Below, in pieces: positions 53,953 to 64,000 of a stretch of 64,000 nt of DNA. A program made the position numbers and the translations under genes. The stretch covers positions 17,749-81,748 of the forward strand of contig NIVC01001657.1 in the NCBI GenBank assembly GCA_002269645.1, written 5' to 3'. Each line of letters opens with the position of its first letter. Positions within the stretch are counted from its first letter, which is position 1. Source of the DNA: Macrostomum lignano. Taxonomy: Eukaryota. The notes under the pieces were generated by a model. It saw only the letters and a program-made list of their open reading frames with translations, did not search any database and had not been told where the DNA came from.

Positions 53953-56900
53953 GCACCTGCGTATATCAGCCCCATTGAGTGTCATTTCTAAGCTCTCCAT
54001 TTAATTCTATATATTGACAGCGACAGGGCTAGTTAGAGATGCTGAGAGTAGCGGGCTCTGCGTCATCTTTGCACCTGTGTATATCAGCCCCATTGAGTGT
54101 CATTTCTAAGCTCTCCATTTAATTCTATATATTGACAGCGACAGGGCTAGTTAGAGATGCTGAGAGTAGCGGGCTCTGCGTCATCTTTGCACCTGTGTAT
54201 ATCAGCCCCATTGAGTGTCATTTCTAAGCTCTCCATTTAATTCTATATATTGACAGCGACAGGGCTAGTTAGAGATGCTGAGAGTAGCGGGCTCTGCGTC
54301 ATCTTTGCACCTGTGTATATCAGCCCCATTGAGTGTCATTTCTAAGCTCTCCATTTAATTCTATATATTGACAGCGACAGGGCTAGTTAGAGATGCTGAG
54401 AGTAGCGGGCTCTGCGTCATCTTTGCACCTGTGTATATCAGCCCCATTGAGTGTCATTTCTAAGCTCTCCATTTAATTCTATATATTGACAGCGACAGGG
54501 CTAGTTAGAGATGCTGAGTGTAGCGGGCTCTGCGTCATCTTTGCACCTGTGTATATCAGCCCATTGAGTGTCATTTCTAAGCTCTCCATTTAATTCTATA
54601 TATTGACAGCGACAGGGCTAGTTAGAGATGCTGAGAGTAGCGGGCTCTGCGTCATCTTTGCACCTGTGTATATCAGCCCCATTGAGTGTCATTTCTAAGC
54701 TCTCCATTTAATTCTATATATTGACAGCGACAGGGCTAGTTAGAGATGCTGAGAGTAGCGGGCTCTGCGTCATCTTTGCACCTGTGTATATCAGCCCCAT
54801 TGAGTGTCATTTCTAAGCTCTCCATTTAATTCTATATATTGACAGCGACAGGGCTAGTTAGAGATGCTGAGAGTAGCGGGCTCTGCGTCATCTTTGCACC
54901 TGTGTATATCAGCCCCATTGAGTGTCATTTCTAAGCTCTCCATTTAATTCTATATATTGACAGCGACAGGGCTAGTTAGAGATGCTGAGAGTAGCGGGCT
55001 CTGCGTCATCTTTGCACCTGTGTATATCAGCCCCATTGAGTGTCATTTCTAAGCTCTCCATTTAATTCTATATATTGACAGCGACAGGGCTAGTTAGAGA
55101 TGCTGAGAGTAGCGGGCTCTGCGTCATCTTTGCACCTGTGTATATCAGCCCCATTGAGTGTCATTTCTAAGCTCTCCATTTAATTCTATATATTGACAGC
55201 GACAGGGCTAGTTAGAGATGCTGAGAGTAGCGGGCTCTGCGTCATCTTTGCACCTGTGTATATCAGCCCCATTGAGTGTCATTTCTAAGCTCTCCATTTA
55301 ATTCTATATATTGACAGCGACAGGGTTAGTTAGAGATGCTGAGAGTAGCGGGCTCTGCGTCATCTTTGCACCTGTGTATATCAGCCCCATTGAGTGTCAT
55401 TTCTAAGCTCTCCATTTAATTCTATATATTGACAGCGACAGGGCTAGTTAGAGATGCTGAGTGTAGCGGGCTCTGCGTCATCTTTGCACCTGTGTATATC
55501 AGCCCCATTGAGTGTCATTTCTAAGCTCTCCATTTAATTCTATATATTGACAGCGACAGGGCTAGTTAGAGATGCTGAGAGTAGCGGGCTCTGCGTCATC
55601 TTTGCACCTGTGTATATCAGCCCCATTGAGTGTCATTTCTAAGCTCTCCATTTAATTCTATATATTGACAGCGACAGGGCTAGTTAGAGATGCTGAGAGT
55701 AGCGGGCTCTGCGTCATCTTTGCACCTGCGTATATCAGCCCCATTGAGTGTCATTTCTAAGCTCTCCATTTAATTCTATATATTGACAGCGACAGGGCTA
55801 GTTAGAGATGCTGAGAGTAGCGGGCTCTGCGTCATCTTTGCACCTGTGTATATCAGCCCCATTGAGTGTCATTTCTAAGCTCTCCATTTAATTCTATATA
55901 TTGACAGCGACAGGGCTAGTTAGAGATGCTGAGAGTAGCGGGCTCTGCGTCATCTTTGCACCTGTGTATATCAGCCCCATTGAGTGTCATTTCTAAGCTC
56001 TCCATTTAATTCTATATATTGACAGCGACAGGGCTAGTTAGAGATGCTGAGAGTAGCGGGCTCTGCGTCATCTTTGCACCTGTGTATATCAGCCCCATTG
56101 AGTGTCATTTCTAAGCTCTCCATTTAATTCTATATATTGACAGCGACAGGGCTAGTTAGAGATGCTGAGAGTAGCGGGCTCTGCGTCATCTTTGCACCTG
56201 TGTATATCAGCCCCATTGAGTGTCATTTCTAAGCTCTCCATTTAATTCTATATATTGACAGCGACAGGGCTAGTTAGAGATGCTGAGAGTAGCGGGCTCT
56301 GCGTCATCTTTGCACCTGTGTATATCAGCCCCATTGAGTGTCATTTCTAAGCTCTCCATTTAATTCTATATATTGACAGCGACAGGGCTAGTTAGAGATG
56401 CTGAGAGTAGCGGGCTCTGCGTCATCTTTGCACCTGTGTATATCAGCCCCATTGAGTGTCATTTCTAAGCTCTCCATTTAATTCTATATATTGACAGCGA
56501 CAGGGCTAGTTAGAGATGCTGAGAGTAGCGGGCTCTGCGTCATCTTTGCACCTGCGTATATCAGCCCCATTGAGTGTCATTTCTAAGCTCTCCATTTAAT
56601 TCTATATATTGACAGCGACAGGGCTAGTTAGAGATGCTGAGAGTAGCGGGCTCTGCGTCATCTTTGCACCTGTGTATATCAGCCCCATTGAGTGTCATTT
56701 CTAAGCTCTCCATTTAATTCTATATATTGACAGCGACAGGGCTAGTTAGAGATGCTGAGAGTAGCGGGCTCTGCGTCATCTTTGCACCTGTGTATATCAG
56801 CCCCATTGAGTGTCATTTCTAAGCTCTCCATTTAATTCTATATATTGACAGCGACAGGGCTAGTTAGAGATGCTGAGAGTAGCGGGCTCTGCGTCATCTT

Positions 56901-59900
56901 TGCACCTGTGTATATCAGCCCCATTGAGTGTCATTTCTAAGCTCTCCATTTAATTCTATATATTGACAGCGACAGGGCTAGTTAGAGATGCTGAGAGTAG
57001 CGGGCTCTGCGTCATCTTTGCACCTGTGTATATCAGCCCCATTGAGTGTCATTTCTAAGCTCTCCATTTAATTCTATATATTGACAGCGACAGGGCTAGT
57101 TAGAGATGCTGAGAGTAGCGGGCTCTGCGTCATCTTTGCACCTGTGTATATCAGCCCCATTGAGTGTCATTTCTAAGCTCTCCATTTAATTCTATATATT
57201 GACAGCGACAGGGCTAGTTAGAGATGCTGAGAGTAGCGGGCTCTGCGTCATCTTTGCACCTGTGTATATCAGCCCCATTGAGTGTCATTTCTAAGCTCTC
57301 CATTTAATTCTATATATTGACAGCGACAGGGCTAGTTAGAGATGCTGAGAGTAGCGGGCTCTGCGTCATCTTTGCACCTGTGTATATCAGCCCCATTGAG
57401 TGTCATTTCTAAGCTCTCCATTTAATTCTATATATTGACAGCGACAGGGCTAGTTAGAGATGCTGAGAGTAGCGGGCTCTGCGTCATCTTTGCACCTGTG
57501 TATATCAGCCCCATTGAGTGTCATTTCTAAGCTCTCCATTTAATTCTATATATTGACAGCGACAGGGCTAGTTAGAGATGCTGAGAGTAGCGGGCTCTGC
57601 GTCATCTTTGCACCTGTGTATATCAGCCCCATTGAGTGTCATTTCTAAGCTCTCCATTTAATTCTATATATTGACAGCGACAGGGCTAGTTAGAGATGCT
57701 GAGAGTAGCGGGCTCTGCGTCATCTTTGCACCTGTGTATATCAGCCCCATTGAGTGTCATTTCTAAGCTCTCCATTTAATTCTATATATTGACAGCGACA
57801 GGGCTAGTTAGAGATGCTGAGAGTAGCGGGCTCTGCGTCATCTTTGCACCTGTGTATATCAGCCCCATTGAGTGTCATTTCTAAGCTCTCCATTTAATTC
57901 TATATATTGACAGCGACAGGGCTAGTTAGAGATGCTGAGAGTAGCGGGCTCTGCGTCATCTTTGCACCTGTGTATATCAGCCCCATTGAGTGTCATTTCT
58001 AAGCTCTCCATTTAATTCTATATATTGACAGCGACAGGGCTAGTTAGAGATGCTGAGAGTAGCGGGCTCTGCGTCATCTTTGCACCTGTGTATATCAGCC
58101 CCATTGAGTGTCATTTCTAAGCTCTCCATTTAATTCTATATATTGACAGCGACAGGGCTAGTTAGAGATGCTGAGAGTAGCGGGCTCTGCGTCATCTTTG
58201 CACCTGTGTATATCAGCCCCATTGAGTGTCATTTCTAAGCTCTCCATTTAATTCTATATATTGACAGCGACAGGGCTAGTTAGAGATGCTGAGAGTAGCG
58301 GGCTCTGCGTCATCTTTGCACCTGTGTATATCAGCCCCATTGAGTGTCATTTCTAAGCTCTCCATTTAATTCTATATATTGACAGCGACAGGGCTAGTTA
58401 GAGATGCTGAGAGTAGCGGGCTCTGCGTCATCTTACCTGTGTATATCAGCCCCATTGAGTGTCATTTCTAAGCTCTCCATTTAATATATATTGACAGCGA
58501 CAGGGCTAGTTAGAGATGCTGAGAGTAGCGGGCGCGTCATCTACCTGTGTATATCAGCCCCATTGAGTGTCATTTCTAAGCTCTCCATTTAATTCTATAT
58601 ATTGACAGCGACAGGGCTAGTTAGAGATGCTGAGAGTAGCGGGCTCTGCGTCATCTTTGCACCTGTGTATATCAGCCCCATTGAGTGTCATTTCTAAGCT
58701 CTCCATTTAATTCTATATATTGACAGCGACAGGGCTAGTTAGAGATGCTGAGAGTAGCGGGCTCTGCGTCATCTTTGCACCTGTGTATATCAGCCCCATT
58801 GAGTGTCATTTCTAAGCTCTCCATTTAATTCTATATATTGACAGCGACAGGGCTAGTTAGAGATGCTGAGAGTAGCGGGCTCTGCGTCATCTTTGCACCT
58901 GTGTATATCAGCCCCATTGAGTGTCATTTCTAAGCTCTCCATTTAATTCTATATATTGACAGCGACAGGGCTAGTTAGAGATGCTGAGAGTAGCGGGCTC
59001 TGCGTCATCTTTGCACCTGTGTATATCAGCCCCATTGAGTGTCATTTCTAAGCTCTCCATTTAATTCTATATATTGACAGCGACAGGGCTAGTTAGAGAT
59101 GCTGAAGTAGCGGGCTCTGCGTCATCTTTGCACCTGTGTATATCAGCCCCATTGAGTGTCATTTCTAAGCTCTCCATTTAATTCTATATATTGACAGCGA
59201 CAGGGCTAGTTAGAGATGCTGAGAGTAGCGGGCTCTGCGTCATCTTTGCACCTGTGTATATCAGCCCCATTGAGTGTCATTTCTAAGCTCTCCATTTAAT
59301 TCTATATATTGACAGCGACAGGGCTAGTTAGAGATGCTGAGTAGCGGGCTCTGCGTCATCTTTGCACCTGTGTATATCAGCCCCATTGAGTGTCATTTCT
59401 AAGCTCTCCATTTAATTCTATATATTGACAGCGACAGGGCTAGTTAGAGATGCTGAGAGTAGCGGGCTCTGCGTCATCTTTGCACCTGTGTATATCAGCC
59501 CCATTGAGTGTCATTTCTAAGCTCTCCATTTAATTCTATATATTGACAGCGACAGGGCTAGTTAGAGATGCTGAGTAGCGGGCTCTGCGTCATCTTTGCA
59601 CCTGTGTATATCAGCCCCATTGAGTGTCATTTCTAAGCTCTCCATTTAATTCTATATATTGACAGCGACAGGGCTAGTTAGAGATGCTGAGAGTAGCGGG
59701 CTCTGCGTCATCTTTGCACCTGTGTATATCAGCCCCATTGAGTGTCATTTCTAAGCTCTCCATTTAATTCTATATATTGACAGCGACAGGGCTAGTTAGA
59801 GATGCTGAGAGTAGCGGGCTCTGCGTCATCTTTGCACCTGTGTATATCAGCCCCATTGAGTGTCATTTCTAAGCTCTCCATTTAATTCTATATATTGACA

Positions 59901-62900
59901 GCGACAGGGCTAGTTAGAGATGCTGAGAGTAGCGGGCTCTGCGTCATCTTTGCACCTGTGTATATCAGCCCCATTGAGTGTCATTTCTAAGCTCTCCATT
60001 TAATTCTATATATTGACAGCGACAGGGCTAGTTAGAGATGCTGAGAGTAGCGGGCTCTGCGTCATCTTTGCACCTGTGTATATCAGCCCCATTGAGTGTC
60101 ATTTCTAAGCTCTCCATTTAATTCTATATATTGACAGCGACAGGGCTAGTTAGAGATGCTGAGAGTAGCGGGCTCTGCGTCATCTTTGCACCTGTGTATA
60201 TCAGCCCCATTGAGTGTCATTTCTAAGCTCTCCATTTAATTCTATATATTGACAGCGACAGGGCTAGTTAGAGATGCTGAGAGTAGCGGGCTCTGCGTCA
60301 TCTTTGCACCTGTGTATATCAGCCCCATTGAGTGTCATTTCTAAGCTCTCCATTTAATTCTATATATTGACAGCGACAGGGCTAGTTAGAGATAGAGTAG
60401 CGGTCTGCGTCATCTTTGCACCTGTGTATATCAGCCCCATTGAGTGTCATTTCTAAGCTCTCCATTTAATATATGACAGCGACAGGGCTAGTTAGAGATG
60501 CTGAGAGTAGCGGGCTCTGCGTCATCTTTGCACCTGTGTATATCAGCCCCATTGAGTGTCATTTCTAAGCTCTCCATTTAATTGACAGCGACAGGGCTAG
60601 TTAGAGATGCTGAGAGTAGCGGGCTCTGCGTCATCTTTGCACCTGTGTATATCAGCCCCATTGAGTGTCATTTCTAAGCTCTCCATTTAATTCTATATAT
60701 TGACAGCGACAGGGCTAGTTAGAGATGCTGAGAGTAGCGGGCTCTGCGTCATCTTTGCACCTGTGTATATCAGCCCCATTGAGTGTCATTTCTAAGCTCT
60801 CCATTTAATTCTATATATTGACAGCGACAGGGCTAGTTAGAGATGCTGAGAGTAGCGGGCTCTGCGTCATCTTTGCACCTGTGTATATCAGCCCCATTGA
60901 GTGTCATTTCTAAGCTCTCCATTTAATTCTATATATTGACAGCGACAGGCTAGTTAGAGATGCTGAGAGTAGCGGGCTCTGCGTCATCTTTGCACCTGTG
61001 TATATCAGCCCCATTGAGTGTCATTTCTAAGCTCTCCATTTAATTCTATATATTGACAGCGACAGGGCTAGTTAGAGATGCTGAGAGTAGCGGGCTCTGC
61101 GTCATCTTTGCACCTGTGTATATCAGCCCCATTGAGTGTCATTTCTAAGCTCTCCATTTAATTCTATATATTGACAGCGACAGGGCTAGTTAGAGATGCT
61201 GAGAGTAGCGGGCTCTGCGTCATCTTTGCACCTGTGTATATCAGCCCCATTGAGTGTCATTTCTAAGCTCTCCATTTAATTCTATATATTGACAGCGACA
61301 GGGCTAGTTAGAGATGCTGAGAGTAGCGGGCTCTGCGTCATCTTTGCACCTGTGTATATCAGCCCCATTGAGTGTCATTTCTAAGCTCTCCATTTAATTC
61401 TATATATTGACAGCGACAGGGCTAGTTAGAGATGCTGAGAGTAGCGGGCTCTGCGTCATCTTTGCACCTGTGTATATCAGCCCCATTGAGTGTCATTTCT
61501 AAGCTCTCCATTTAATTCTATATATTGACAGCGACAGGGCTAGTTAGAGATGCTGAGAGTAGCGGGCTCTGCGTCATCTTTGCACCTGTGTATATCAGCC
61601 CCATTGAGTGTCATTTCTAAGCTCTCCATTTAATTCTATATATTGACAGCGACAGGGCTAGTTAGAGATGCTGAGAGTAGCGGCTCTGCGTCATCTTTGC
61701 ACCTGTGTATATCAGCCCCATTGAGTGTCATTTCTAAGCTCTCCATTTAATTCTATATATTGACAGCGACAGGGCTAGTTAGAGATGCTGAGAGTAGCGG
61801 GCTCTGCGTCATCTTTGCACCTGTGTATATCAGCCCCATTGAGTGTCATTTCTAAGCTCTCCATTTAATTCTATATATTGACAGCGACAGGGCTAGTTAG
61901 AGATGCTGAGAGTAGCGGGCTCTGCGTCATCTTTGCACCTGTGTATATCAGCCCCATTGAGTGTCATTTCTAAGCTCTCCATTTAATTCTATATATTGAC
62001 AGCGACAGGGCTAGTTAGAGATGCTGAGAGTAGCGGGCTCTGCGTCATCTTTGCACCTGTGTATATCAGCCCCATTGAGTGTCATTTCTAAGCTCTCCAT
62101 TTAATTCTATATATTGACAGCGACAGGGCTAGTTAGAGATGCTGAGAGTAGCGGGCTCTGCGTCATCTTTGCACCTGTGTATATCAGCCCCATTGAGTGT
62201 CATTTCTAAGCTCTCCATTTAATTCTATATATTGACAGCGACAGGGCTAGTTAGAGATGCTGAGAGTAGCGGGCTCTGCGTCATCTTTGCACCTGTGTAT
62301 ATCAGCCCCATTGAGTGTCATTTCTAAGCTCTCCATTTAATTCTATATATTGACAGCGACAGGGCTAGTTAGAGATGCTGAGAGTAGCGGGCTCTGCGTC
62401 ATCTTTGCACCTGTGTATATCAGCCCCATTGAGTGTCATTTCTAAGCTCTCCATTTAATTCTATATATTGACAGCGACAGGGCTAGTTAGAGATGCTGAG
62501 AGTAGCGGGCTCTGCGTCATCTTTGCACCTGTGTATATCAGCCCCATTGAGTGTCATTTCTAAGCTCTCCATTTAATTCTATATATTGACAGCGACAGGG
62601 CTAGTTAGAGATGCTGAGAGTAGCGGGCTCTGCGTCATCTTTGCACCTGTGTATATCAGCCCCATTGAGTGTCATTTCTAAGCTCTCCATTTAATTCTAT
62701 ATATTGACAGCGACAGGGCTAGTTAGAGATGCTGAGAGTAGCGGGCTCTGCGTCATCTTTGCACCTGTGTATATCAGCCCCATTGAGTGTCATTTCTAAG
62801 CTCTCCATTTAATTCTATATATTGACAGCGACAGGGCTAGTTAGAGATGCTGAGAGTAGCGGGCTCTGCGTCATCTTTGCACCTGTGTATATCAGCCCCA

Positions 62901-64000
62901 TTGAGTGTCATTTCTAAGCTCTCCATTTAATTCTATATATTGACAGCGACAGGGCTAGTTAGAGATGCTGAGAGTAGCGGGCTCTGCGTCATCTTTGCAC
63001 CTGTGTATATCAGCCCCATTGAGTGTCATTTCTAAGCTCTCCATTTAATTCTATATATTGACAGCGACAGGCTAGTTAGAGATGCTGAGAGTAGCGGGCT
63101 CTGCGTCATCTTTGCACCTGTGTATATCAGCCCCATTGAGTGTCATTTCTAAGCTCTCCATTTAATTCTATATATTGACAGCGACAGGGCTAGTTAGAGA
63201 TGCTGAGAGTAGCGGGCTCTGCGTCATCTTTGCACCTGTGTATATCAGCCCCATTGAGTGTCATTTCTAAGCTCTCCATTTAATTCTATATATTGACAGC
63301 GACAGGGCTAGTTAGAGATGCTGAGAGTAGCGGGCTCTGCGTCATCTTTGCACCTGTGTATATCAGCCCCATTGAGTGTCATTTCTAAGCTCTCCATTTA
63401 ATTCTATATATTGACAGCGACAGGGCTAGTTAGAGATGCTGAGAGTAGCGGGCTCTGCGTCATCTTTGCACCTGTGTATATCAGCCCCATTGAGTGTCAT
63501 TTCTAAGCTCTCCATTTAATTCTATATATTGACAGCGACAGGGCTAGTTAGAGATGCTGAGAGTAGCGGGCTCTGCGTCATCTTTGCACCTGTGTATATC
63601 AGCCCATTGAGTGTCATTTCTAAGCTCTCCATTTAATTCTATATATTGACAGCGACAGGGCTAGTTAGAGATGCTGAGAGTAGCGGGCTCTGCGTCATCT
63701 TTGCACCTGTGTATATCAGCCCCATTGAGTGTCATTTCTAAGCTCTCCATTTAATTCTATATATTGACAGCGACAGGGCTAGTTAGAGATGCTGAGAGTA
63801 GCGGGCTCTGCGTCATCTTTGCACCTGTGTATATCAGCCCCATTGAGTGTCATTTCTAAGCTCTCCATTTAATTCTATATATTGACAGCGACAGGGCTAG
63901 TTAGAGATGCTGAGAGTAGCGGGCTCTGCGTCATCTTTGCACCTGTGTATATCAGCCCCATTGAGTGTCATTTCTAAGCTCTCCATTTAATTCTATATAT
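53953..64000. repeat. 118-bp satellite array, ~85 near-identical copies, running off the window end
   Basis: Unit gcacctgtgtatatcagccccattgagtgtcatttctaagctctccatttaattctatatattgacagcgacagggctagttagagatgctgagagtagcgggctctgcgtcatcttt; first copies at 53953 and 54071. Confidence 0.99.

Noticed and set aside
53953-64000. 118-bp unit as a 5S rRNA array, hammerhead-ribozyme satellite or CRISPR array
   Set aside because: The length is close to 5S, but there is no convincing box A/box C or 5S fold beyond a short gggctagttag resemblance. There is no CUGANGA/GAAA core on either strand. The units are contiguous with no unique spacers and the context is eukaryotic.

Overview
This is eukaryotic (metazoan) genomic DNA, not prokaryotic: it has spliceosomal introns, GC-rich exons, AT-rich introns and many micro/minisatellites. 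The style resembles the flatworm Macrostomum lignano, but that is inference only. Host genes: (1) a multi-exon PLD1/2-type phospholipase D on the minus strand (7110 to <139) whose first HKD motif reads N-E-K-x4-D; (2) two tandem 3-exon paralogs encoding an unrecognised secreted protein (8090-8880, 10854-11780); (3) a complete 5-exon ubiquilin (29707-38945, +); (4) the 3' part of Elongator subunit ELP1 (40468-51555, -), with (5) an intronless, divergent rhodopsin-like GPCR nested antisense in one of its introns (48267-49814, +). Positions 12.1-29.1 kb are an almost continuous transposon cluster: a deleted Harbinger; a P-superfamily/THAP element with an 8-bp TSD carrying Ngaro/DIRS tyrosine-recombinase retroelement remnants; an intact Tc1-like element with DD30E spacing; and a full-length two-gene EnSpm/CACTA element. 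The last 12.4 kb are a ~46-bp G-rich array and about 85 near-identical copies of a 118-bp satellite, apparently inside an ELP1 intron. I found no rRNA, tRNA or CRISPR arrays. Exon boundaries were read by eye from splice signals and frame continuity, and family assignments come from recalled motifs, not database searches.
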